DNA of 64,000 bases, from NCBI GenBank assembly GCA_038231275.1, contig JBBRLQ010000001.1, positions 544,001 to 608,000 on the forward strand, in the 5' to 3' direction. Source of the stretch: Polyangiales bacterium (GTDB taxonomy: Bacteria > Myxococcota_A > Polyangia > Polyangiales > Polyangiaceae). Shown here piece by piece: positions 40,163-50,452 of this stretch (within the stretch, counting starts at the first letter, position 1; each line of letters begins with the position of its first letter). The notes beneath the pieces were generated by a model. That model worked only from the letters and a program-made list of their open reading frames with translations, was not told the origin of the DNA and made no database searches. The position numbers and the translations under genes were made by a program.

Positions 40163-41539
40163 TCAGCCGCGGCGCGCGGTGCGATTCTGGCGATAGTGCG
40201 AGCCGCCGCCGCGATGGCCGCCGCCGGTCCGCTGCGGCGCGGCAGGGGCGGCGAGATCGGCCTCGGCGCGCAGGCGCTCGATGACCTCGGTGCTCTTGCC
40301 GCGCGCGATGAGATCGATCTCGAGGGCTTCGATCGCCGGCGCCGCGAGATCGGTCTTCAGGAACCGCCCGGCGCGCCCCACCGCGAGGCGCGGGAGGATC
40401 GCCACGATGCGCCGCAGACCGTCGGCGATGCGCCTCGGCATGGCGATGCGCTCGATGATCGGCTCGAGGAACTCGTACGCGGCGGCGACCGGATCGCCCG
40501 CGCCGAGCATCGACTCGGCGAGCGGCTCGTGGAGGAGCGCCGTGAAGAGCACGCCGTCGTCGAGCGGGCCGCCGCGCTGCTTGGTCTTGCGATCGATCGC
40601 GTCCATGCGTCGGAAGAAGCGCGCGCCGCCGCCCTCGGTCGCGTCGTCGTCGTCGAGGTAGGCGGCGAGCTCGGGCAGGAGCACCGCCATCGCGCCGATT
40701 TCCCACATGAGCCACATCGAGCGATGGGCTGCGCCGCCGCGCATGAGGCGCAAGATCTCCTCGAACAGGCGAGGCCTCGCCGCGCGCGCGAGCTCTCCGC
40801 GCTGGCCGACCATCGCGTCGTACACGTCCGGCTCGATGCCGAGATCGAGGCGCCCCGCGAACTTGATCGCGCGGAGGATGCGCACCGGATCCTCGCGGAA
40901 GCGGACGATCGGATCGCCGATCGTGTGGATGGTGCGCCCCTTGATGTGCGCCATGCCGCCGCACCAGTCGAGGATCTGGCGGCGATCGAGATCGTAAAAG
41001 AGCGCGTTGATCGTAAAATCTCGGCGCAGCGCGTCCTCGTGCGCCTCGCCGAAGACGTTGTCGTTGCGGATGAGGATGTCCTCGTCGATCGCTTCGCCGT
41101 CGTCTTCGGGGGCCTCGGTCTGGGGGTTGCGGCGGAAGGTCGCGACCTCCACCACCTTGCCGCCTTGAAAGAGGATGTGCGCGAGGCGGAAGCGCCGGCC
41201 GATGACGCGGCAGTTGCGGAAGAGGCCCCTCACATCGTCCGGTCGCGCGCTCGTCGCGATGTCGAAGTCCTTCGGCTTGCTGCCGAGGAGGAGATCGCGG
41301 ACGCAGCCGCCGACGAGGTAGGCTTGAAAGCCCGCGCGCTCGAGGCGCCTTACGACCTTCGCGGCGTCGGGATCGATGCCCGATTCCTCGAGCGCGACGT
41401 CGTGCCGCACGAGGGTGGTGCCGGCGTGTCGCTCGGCGATCACCTTGGCAGGGTCGGCGACGGCGGCGGCTAGGGTGTTCGCGTCGTCCTCGACGCGGAA
41501 CGAGGGGAGATCAGGTAGCTCAGGAGGGGGACGGCGCAT
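40163..41539 (-). CDS. pcnB: Poly(A) polymerase I
   Basis: GGCVRD...KDFD and RRDFTINA motifs plus the PAP-specific VIGRRFRLAHI signature. Confidence 0.9.
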   Translation of the reverse strand: MRRPPPELPDLPSFRVEDDANTLAAAVADPAKVIAERHAGTTLVRHDVALEESGIDPDAAKVVRRLERAGFQAYLVGGCVRDLLLGSKPKDFDIATSARPDDVRGLFRNCRVIGRRFRLAHILFQGGKVVEVATFRRNPQTEAPEDDGEAIDEDILIRNDNVFGEAHEDALRRDFTINALFYDLDRRQILDWCGGMAHIKGRTIHTIGDPIVRFREDPVRILRAIKFAGRLDLGIEPDVYDAMVGQRGELARAARPRLFEEILRLMRGGAAHRSMWLMWEIGAMAVLLPELAAYLDDDDATEGGGARFFRRMDAIDRKTKQRGGPLDDGVLFTALLHEPLAESMLGAGDPVAAAYEFLEPIIERIAMPRRIADGLRRIVAILPRLAVGRAGRFLKTDLAAPAIEALEIDLIARGKSTEVIERLRAEADLAAPAAPQRTGGGHRGGGSHYRQNRTARRG

Positions 41540-41731
41540 GTAAGGTGGCGAATTCGGCCAGGATTTGGCCCTCTCAACACCTGAGAGCTCGCCTCGCTTT
41601 TCTTCGGTCTTCACTGTACCAGCCGGGGGGCTACGCCGCAATCCATCAAAAAGAGCCCATCACGCGGCGAGGACGAAGAAGCGCGCAGGGAGCGCCAAAG
41701 TGCCCGGGTCGAGGCGTGGTATCCTTTTCGG

Positions 41732-42925
41732 TTGATGGCGCTCGAGCCGGCGCGACTTCAGGACTTCCAGGTGAATCAGTCGATCGGCGCCGGCTCTACG
41801 GCGAAGGTCTTCGACGCGGTGCACCTTGCGACCGGCAAACAGGTCGCGCTGAAGACGCTCGAGCAAGAGGCGGAGCAATCGGCGGAGCTGCGTGAGCGGC
41901 TCGCGCGCGAGGCGTTCATCCTCGCGGGCGTCGAGAGCAAGCACGTCGGGCGAATCCTCGGCTTCGGGTACGACAACGACATGCCGTTCCTCGTCTTGGA
42001 GCGGCTCCACGGCGAGACGCTCGACGCGCTCATCAAACGCGAGGGGCAGCTGAAGACGCGCGAGATCGTCCACTGGGTGGAGCAGCTCCTCGTCGGCGTC
42101 CGCGACTGCCACTCCGCCGGCATCGTGCACCGCGACATCAAGCCATCCAACGTCTTCCTCCAGCAGGAGGCCAGCGGCGCGCGCATCGTGAAGCTCATCG
42201 ATTTCGGCGTCGCGCGCCTCCGCGAGCTCGCGCAGGTCGGCATCGGCCTCACGCAGACCAACCACCTCCTCGGGAGCATGGGCTACATGGCGCCCGAGCA
42301 GTTCCTGGACCCCAAGAACGCCGGGCCTCCCGCGGATCTCTACGCGGTCGGCGTCGTCGTCTTCCGCGTGATCGCCGGGCGCTTGCCGTTCGTGCACCGC
42401 TCGCTCGAGGCGGTCATTCGCATGAAGTGCGAGGGAGATCCGCCGGCACTCTCGTCGATGCCCAACGTCGTCTCGATCTCCGCGCTCGATCAGTTCTGCA
42501 CGCGCGCGCTGGCCCGCGAACCGTCCATGCGCTTCCAGAGCGCGCGCGAGATGCTCGACGAGTGGTGGAACGTCGTCTCGTACATCGACGAGGAGGCGCC
42601 GCTCACGCTCGACTCGAACGCGCTCGACGTCGTCTTCGAGGACGAGCCCGATCCGGACCCCCTCAACCGGACCTGGTCGGAGGTCCTCACCGCGTCGCAT
42701 CCCGGCGCGGCGACGCAGCGCGAGCCGAACCTCGAGGCGTCGCTCGTCGCGTCGAGCATGCAGACGGTGCCCGATACGATGCGCCCGCCGATGGCTACGC
42801 TCGTCGACGACGCGCAAGGCCCGCCGACCGAAGGCAACACGACCCCCGGTACGAGCAACATCAAGCGCCTCCTCGAGGAGGAGCTCGCGCTGCAGCAAAA
42901 GCCGCCGACCAAGCCGGGCGCCTGA
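41732..42925 (+). CDS. Ser/Thr protein kinase
   Basis: VALK, VHRDIKPSN, DFG and YMAPE motifs; acidic disordered tail. Confidence 0.93.
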   Translation: MMALEPARLQDFQVNQSIGAGSTAKVFDAVHLATGKQVALKTLEQEAEQSAELRERLAREAFILAGVESKHVGRILGFGYDNDMPFLVLERLHGETLDALIKREGQLKTREIVHWVEQLLVGVRDCHSAGIVHRDIKPSNVFLQQEASGARIVKLIDFGVARLRELAQVGIGLTQTNHLLGSMGYMAPEQFLDPKNAGPPADLYAVGVVVFRVIAGRLPFVHRSLEAVIRMKCEGDPPALSSMPNVVSISALDQFCTRALAREPSMRFQSAREMLDEWWNVVSYIDEEAPLTLDSNALDVVFEDEPDPDPLNRTWSEVLTASHPGAATQREPNLEASLVASSMQTVPDTMRPPMATLVDDAQGPPTEGNTTPGTSNIKRLLEEELALQQKPPTKPGA

Positions 42926-43064
42926 ACGGATCCGTCGAAAATCAAGCCCGTTCGTGCAGTCGCGCTCGCTTCGCGGTTTGTTACACGAATCGTGCCGTAG
43001 CCGTTGACGTCCATGGCCGTGTGATTAGCTTGGGCCACGAAGCCAGAAGGACGGAGTCAGAGCT

Positions 43065-45008
<1,944 letters not shown>

Positions 45009-45042
45009 CCGCGCGTCCGCGGCAACGCGGCGACGAGCCAAA

Positions 45043-45076
45043 GACGGGGTGGAGCAGCTGCTTCACCCCGTTTTTT
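45043..45076 (+). terminator. Rho-independent terminator
   Basis: ACGGGGTGGAGCAG/CTGCTTCACCCCGT stem followed by a T run. Confidence 0.85.
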
Positions 45077-45080
45077 CATT

Positions 45081-46787
45081 TCAGGGCGTCGCCAAATACT
45101 GCTGCTCGTACCGCGCCATCAGCGTCGTCTGCTGATCGAACATGGAGAGATCCGCCATCATCTTCTGACTCCAGTAGACGCTGATCGTCGACACATCCAT
45201 CGCGCTGATCTTGAACGCCTTGTCCAGCATCGCGCTGATGTCTTTGCCCTGTTTCGTCCACGCCTGCATCGCCCCGCTGATCTCGCAGTACCTGTCGAAG
45301 CTCACCGGCTCCGCGCCCGCCGCGGGCCCCGCGAGGCCCATCTGCCCCTGCGCCATCACGTCCGCCGACGCCTGACCCGCCGCCGCGAACTGCCCCTGCT
45401 GCCCGCTCATGAACGCCTTGCTGTACTCCGTCGCGATCGCGCCCGTCGTGTCGCGCGACATCCGATCGAGCCAGCCCTTCTGCACGCGCTCCCACTTGGC
45501 CTGATCCATCTGGTGCTGCGCGAGCATCTTCTGGAACTCCTCCGGCGCGATCCCGCTCCCCTGCTTCACCTGCAGCTGTCCGTACACCGCGATCGAAACC
45601 CCCTCGACCGGATCGAGCAACCCGCCCGCCGCCGCGCCCGCCACGGCGAGCTTCTGGTTCTCGTTCATCGCGCGCATGCCGGCCGTGTTCAAGACCGCCT
45701 GCCCCTCCGCCGTCGACATGAACTGGCTGAAATGCCGCGTGAACGTGCGCTCGACGAGCTGCCAGTGCAGCTCCTCTTTGTACCCGAGCTGCTTCAGGAT
45801 CGCCGCGTGCTTCTCCGGCTCGCGCTCCGACCACTCGAGAAGCAGCTGATGCACCCAGTAGTTCTCCACGAATTTCGGATCGCGCGGATCGAGCGGCCCC
45901 CACTCGTCGACGTTCTCGAGGTGCTTCGGCACCTCCTGCTTCGCCGCCATCGTCTGCACGCCGTGCGCCGCTCGCCACACGTCATTCACGTTCATCTGCT
46001 GATAGAAGTGCGCCATCCGCGACTCGACGAGCGTCTTGACGTCTTCGGGCGTGCCGCCTTCGTTCTTCACGCGCTCCTCGGCGTACGCCTTCCAGTACGC
46101 GAGCTCGAGCTGCTCCCACTGCTTCAGCCGCTCGATCGGCTCCTCCGGCCACGGCCGCCCCGCCGCGTCCTCGCCCTCGCGAATGTCCTCCCACTGCGCG
46201 CGGAACTTCGCCGTGTCGAGCTTCTTCCCCATCGTCGCGTGCTCGGCAAAGGTGTGCGGCATCCCCCCGAAGTACGTCGCGACGACCGCGTCCGGCAGCG
46301 CCTGGTTCACGGTGTGGCACGCGGGGCAGCCGATCGACTCGCTCTTGTGCGGCGTCGTCCGCCGAAGCGGCCCACCGCACCGGCTGCACGGCAGCGGCTT
46401 GCTCATGCCTTGCTGCGCGGCGGGCCACATCGCGCGGTACTGCTCGACGCGCCAGTGGTTCTCGAAGCGCATCCACGACTCCTCGGCCCACAGCTCCCAA
46501 TAGCGCAGCGCCCGCTTCATCTCGAAGTGCCCCGGCTCCGCCGGCCCGAGCGTGCACAGGTGATCGAAGTGCGGCCGAAACGCGTCGTTCGCCTGCTTGC
46601 GCATCGCCTTCACCTGCTGCTCGACGGCGACGAGCGCGTTGCCCAGCGGCGTCGGGTTCGTCGGGTTCTGCGCGATCATCTGCTGGCACCCGCCCGCCGC
46701 TTGCTGGAGGAGCCCGCCCAGCTGGCCGCCGGTCTGCTGGAGGAGTTGGTTGTATTGTGCAACGACGTTCTGCTGCGCGGGGTGCAT
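45081..46787 (-). CDS. Hypothetical protein with Zn-finger and C-terminal DUF6620-like repeats
   Basis: CSRC...CPAC; two related helical C-terminal units (DPVEGVSIAVYGQL / EPVSFDRYCEI). The DUF label is from memory. Confidence 0.75.
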   Translation of the reverse strand: MHPAQQNVVAQYNQLLQQTGGQLGGLLQQAAGGCQQMIAQNPTNPTPLGNALVAVEQQVKAMRKQANDAFRPHFDHLCTLGPAEPGHFEMKRALRYWELWAEESWMRFENHWRVEQYRAMWPAAQQGMSKPLPCSRCGGPLRRTTPHKSESIGCPACHTVNQALPDAVVATYFGGMPHTFAEHATMGKKLDTAKFRAQWEDIREGEDAAGRPWPEEPIERLKQWEQLELAYWKAYAEERVKNEGGTPEDVKTLVESRMAHFYQQMNVNDVWRAAHGVQTMAAKQEVPKHLENVDEWGPLDPRDPKFVENYWVHQLLLEWSEREPEKHAAILKQLGYKEELHWQLVERTFTRHFSQFMSTAEGQAVLNTAGMRAMNENQKLAVAGAAAGGLLDPVEGVSIAVYGQLQVKQGSGIAPEEFQKMLAQHQMDQAKWERVQKGWLDRMSRDTTGAIATEYSKAFMSGQQGQFAAAGQASADVMAQGQMGLAGPAAGAEPVSFDRYCEISGAMQAWTKQGKDISAMLDKAFKISAMDVSTISVYWSQKMMADLSMFDQQTTLMARYEQQYLATP

Positions 46788-46802
46788 GCGGCTCTCGTGG
46801 GA

Positions 46803-47423
46803 TCAGGTGGTGGGCTTCAACGCGCCGGCGATCGGCCGCCGGCAATACTTGCACATGAAATCGAGCGGCTGCTCTTGCGGACCGCCGCAATGGACGCACG
46901 TGAGCGAGGCGACCTGCTTGTAGCTCTGGTTCGCCCACGGAACTTCTTTCGAGGTCTGCTGCGCGTTCGCGAAGATCGACCCGAGCGAAGGCCCTGCCGC
47001 GACCGGCGGCGCCGGACCGAGCCCCGCCGTCGCGACGGGCGCCGCCGGCAGCGGCGCGAGCCCGATCGCGAGCTCGTACCGCGGCGTCTCCACCGCGACG
47101 AGCGCCGTGAGCCGTTGCTCGAGCGGCCACGACGGCATCGGCTGCTCGACGCTCGCATCCTGCCGCATCCGCGCGAGCTCCCCGCCTGCCCACGCGCAAA
47201 GCCCCTCGAGCACCGCGCGCACCTCGCCCGGAAGCGCTCCGCGCGCCATCCGAAGATTCCGCACCGAAGCCCCGCGCTCGTCATGCCCGAACGCCGCGAC
47301 GCGATAATGCGCGAGCACCCCGTCCCACGCCGGCCCGCCCCCCGGCGGCGACGACGCAGCGGTCTGGAGCACGTACTGCACGTGACTCTCGAGCGACGCA
47401 GCGAGTGACTCGACGGGATGCAT
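46803..47423 (-). CDS. Hypothetical protein with C-terminal zinc ribbon
   Basis: CVHCGGP...CKYC; 15 bp from the next gene. Confidence 0.75.
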   Translation of the reverse strand: MHPVESLAASLESHVQYVLQTAASSPPGGGPAWDGVLAHYRVAAFGHDERGASVRNLRMARGALPGEVRAVLEGLCAWAGGELARMRQDASVEQPMPSWPLEQRLTALVAVETPRYELAIGLAPLPAAPVATAGLGPAPPVAAGPSLGSIFANAQQTSKEVPWANQSYKQVASLTCVHCGGPQEQPLDFMCKYCRRPIAGALKPTT

Positions 47424-47445
47424 CGGTGGCCCGCGAGGGTAGCAG

Positions 47446-47811
47446 CTACCCCACCATCGCGGGACCAGGCATCGCCGCGGCGAGGAGCGCCAAGGCGACC
47501 CACCCCAGCGCCGCGACGACGCCGAAAATCAAGCAGACCACCGCGCCGGGCGTGGTGCGTCGTCGAACCGAACGCACGCCGAACCCCACCGTCGCGAGCG
47601 CCGCGAAGCCAATGGCGAGAAACACGACGTGGCCCGCGCCCTCGAGCTGCGCGCGCCGCGCAGTGAGCGCGTCGATGGCCGACAGCACTCCGCCGGTGTG
47701 GGCATAGCCGTCGATCACGGCGTCGATCCGCATCGCGATCGCGACCTGCGTTGCGACGAGAAGGAGCAGCACCGCCGCTGCCCCCGCGTGTGCAGAGACC
47801 TTCACGCTCAC
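47446..47811 (-). CDS. Small membrane protein
   Basis: Three hydrophobic segments; start uncertain. Confidence 0.55.
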   Translation of the reverse strand: MSVKVSAHAGAAAVLLLLVATQVAIAMRIDAVIDGYAHTGGVLSAIDALTARRAQLEGAGHVVFLAIGFAALATVGFGVRSVRRRTTPGAVVCLIFGVVAALGWVALALLAAAMPGPAMVG

Positions 47812-47941
47812 GCCGACGTTTCTCCCACGAGACCGCCCTCCGCGCCTCTTCCACGCCGCCCCAGACCTTGCATGTCGCCCGACCACCCCGACTTTACGCG
47901 CGGTTCGCCCTGGTGTACGAACGCCGTGAAATTTCGCGACT

Positions 47942-48018
47942 GCGCCACTAGCTCAGCTGGATAGAGCATCGGCCTCCGGAGCCGAGGGTCAGAGGTTCGA
48001 ATCCTCTGTGGCGCGCCA
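47942..48018 (+). tRNA. tRNA-Arg (CCG)
   Basis: GCGCCAC/GTGGCGC acceptor, TCGGC-CTCCGGA-GCCGA anticodon arm, GGTTCGAATCC, encoded CCA. Confidence 0.96.
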
Positions 48019-48153
48019 CCACGATCGATCGAAGCCTCGCCATCAAGCGTGGCGCTTTGCCTTGAGGTTGAAGCGTCTCGACCACCGTGACCCGCGAGAA
48101 ACGTCGCGCCGCGGGGGAATGAAGGGGACGCCTCGCCCGTAGAGGCGTCCGGG

Positions 48154-49026
48154 ATGGACGCGGACCAACGGCTCATCGCGCGCTTCGCCGCCGTCTTCGC
48201 GGCCCTCGGCTGTGCCGGCGCCGCGCTCCTCGCGCAGTCGCTGGAGGTAGGATGCTTCGAGCACGACGGGCCGCTCGGCCCCGCGCTAAGCCTCCTCGTG
48301 CCGCTCGGGATGGCGGCCGTCGGCGCCACGCTCGGCGCGATCGCGCCGCGCGTCGCCGGGATCGCGTGGGGCCTGGCGAGCGCGTGTGTTCTGCTCGCAG
48401 GCGGCCTCCTCGTGGGCGGGCTCGTCGGCTTCGCGTACTGGCCGCCCGACGGGATCCTCATCGGCGCGCGCGACGGCATGGGCTTCGCGGCCGCGTCGAT
48501 CGGGCCGCTGGTGCCGTTCCTCGCCGTGGCGCGCCGCGCGACCGGCGTGCGCGCTCGATCGGTAGCGGACCGATCGAGCCTCGTCGTCGTGTGGTCCGCC
48601 GCGAGCGCAGCCGCAGCCGCCGCGAGTGTGCTCGCCCTGCCGCGCTGGCACCATTTCCCGGTCTGCGTCGCGCCGCGAGGCGTTCCGATCGTTGCAAGCG
48701 TGGTCGTGGGCGTGGCGCTCGCCGCGGTCGTCGCGACCGCCGTCGCCGCGTGGAGGCTCCTCCGCCGCGCGCGGGCGGCGTGCGCGACAGTCTGCGAGGG
48801 CAGCGCCGCGGCGCGTCCGCACGAGCGCGTGGACCTCGGCGTAGGGGAGGGCCGCTCGTTCGCGACGAGCCAGCGCTCGGCCTACCGCGACGCCGCACAG
48901 GTCGACCTGCTCGTCGTCGGCGACCGCGAGGCGTCGCTCCGGGTTCTCGAGGGGAACGCACGCCGGGCGGCGGCGTGTGCGGCACTCGTCCTCGCCGCCG
49001 TCGCCGCCCTCGCTGCGCTCTACTGA
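48154..49026 (+). CDS. Multi-pass membrane hypothetical protein
   Basis: Several hydrophobic helices; ERVDLGVGE...AYR segment. Confidence 0.7.
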   Translation: MDADQRLIARFAAVFAALGCAGAALLAQSLEVGCFEHDGPLGPALSLLVPLGMAAVGATLGAIAPRVAGIAWGLASACVLLAGGLLVGGLVGFAYWPPDGILIGARDGMGFAAASIGPLVPFLAVARRATGVRARSVADRSSLVVVWSAASAAAAAASVLALPRWHHFPVCVAPRGVPIVASVVVGVALAAVVATAVAAWRLLRRARAACATVCEGSAAARPHERVDLGVGEGRSFATSQRSAYRDAAQVDLLVVGDREASLRVLEGNARRAAACAALVLAAVAALAALY

Positions 49027-49043
49027 GCCCGGCGAGGCACGCG

Positions 49044-49169
49044 CTATCCCCCTGATCGTCTGGCCGGCGTGCCACGGTCGAGCGACATGCGTGGTCGGTC
49101 CTCGTTGTAGAACTGCGCATGCCCTCGAACGCATCGGACGAGGTGCGGCTCGCTGAGCACGAGGAGGTG
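49044..49169 (-). pseudogene. Transposase/integrase-core (rve) C-terminal remnant
   Basis: Translates as HLLVLSEPHLVRCVRGHAQFYNEDRPRMSLDRGTP, resembling the HL..L..Y..YYN..RPH.SL...P end of DDE integrase-core transposases. Confidence 0.6.
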
Positions 49170-49230
49170 GCCCGTTCGAAAGACGGCAACGAAGAACCAC
49201 CAGAGGTTCTACGCGGCTGCTTAGAAGAGG

Positions 49231-50031
49231 TCATTCGCCAAGGAGTGCGTACTGTCGCGCGGCTCCGAGCGCGGCGAGCGTGTAGCCGGCGATGAACCCC
49301 ACGGTCTCCAGCGGGTCCAGCCAGGACATGCCTGCGAGATCGAAGTACGCGAACAGAATGTCCGCGGCGGCGAGGCTGACGAAGCCCGCCAGGATCGATC
49401 CCCACACCCTCCACACTCGCCCGCCCTGGAAACGAAACGTCAGGCGGACCAGCACTGTCGTCGGCACGAGGACGACGAAATCGAGGACGGGATAGGCGAG
49501 CGTCACGAGGGACTCGCCCGCGGCGTGATGCGTGTTCGCAACCGGCGAGAGCACGCGGAAGCCGATCACCGCGAAGACCACGGCGGCGACCAACCCGATG
49601 AGGAGCGGCTCCAACGGGCGTCCCAGCGGGAGCCCCGACGTCATGTACACCCGCACGAACGACACGAGCCCCAAGACGAGGAGCGCGTAGCCCGCCAGGA
49701 AGAACCCGTCTCCCGGCGACGGCACGGGCAACGCGACGCCGAGTACGTGTGGGTAGACGCCGAGGAGCGCTTCGCCGAGGGCGAAACAGGCGAGCCAGCC
49801 GCTGAGAAGTGTCCACGCGGGGCGCGCACGGTTGCCCGGCTCGAGCCGACGTGCCGCGCCGATCGCATACACCGCGCCGGTGACGAGCGGTCCCAACATG
49901 GCGAAGAAGCCGATGAGCTTGATGGCGTGGGACGCCGACGCATCGGTGTAGAGGAACGCTCCCGGCCAGAAGACCCCCGGAACGTGCAGCATGCACGCGA
50001 CGACGGCGAAGATCACGAGCAGGCGTCTCAC
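49231..50031 (-). CDS. Stand-alone multi-TM sensor-like membrane protein
   Basis: About eight TMs; AW...GE...PSPGDGFFLAGY...LAYPVLD...AADILF pattern. Confidence 0.75.
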   Translation of the reverse strand: MRRLLVIFAVVACMLHVPGVFWPGAFLYTDASASHAIKLIGFFAMLGPLVTGAVYAIGAARRLEPGNRARPAWTLLSGWLACFALGEALLGVYPHVLGVALPVPSPGDGFFLAGYALLVLGLVSFVRVYMTSGLPLGRPLEPLLIGLVAAVVFAVIGFRVLSPVANTHHAAGESLVTLAYPVLDFVVLVPTTVLVRLTFRFQGGRVWRVWGSILAGFVSLAAADILFAYFDLAGMSWLDPLETVGFIAGYTLAALGAARQYALLGE

Positions 50032-50294
50032 GGCTTTCCTCCGTCCGGCAACACTCGCGCACGGATGCGCGCGATGGTCTGCTCGGTGTTGCGCTTTCCC
50101 ACGAACACGCGAAGGCCCGGTTCGAGCGCAGCGAGCACGCGATCGATGTCCGGGCCTTCGATGAACGGGCCCATGAGCCCGAGCTTCTCGAGGTGCATCC
50201 GGCCGGCGGCGCTGGCCAGGCTCTCGCCGATGTCGGGAGCGAGCTCCACGACGATCGCGGAGATGAGCACCTCCCGACGTGCGCCTGGCGTCAC
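50028..50294 (-). CDS. Small hypothetical protein (start uncertain)
   Basis: Its stop overlaps the GTG of the downstream membrane gene. Confidence 0.55.
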   Translation of the reverse strand: MTPGARREVLISAIVVELAPDIGESLASAAGRMHLEKLGLMGPFIEGPDIDRVLAALEPGLRVFVGKRNTEQTIARIRARVLPDGGKP

Positions 50295-50452
50295 CCGACC
50301 ACGGTATACGAAGTCAGTGACGAGGTGCCCCCGACCGGGACGTACTTTCGTCCGCGCGCTCGCAGTCTCCCGGCCAACCTGCCCGGGACCGCCCATCCCC
50401 GTGCGCCCTTTCGCAAGGGCTTTCCGGTACGCTTTGCTCTCGGGAGGAAGAA

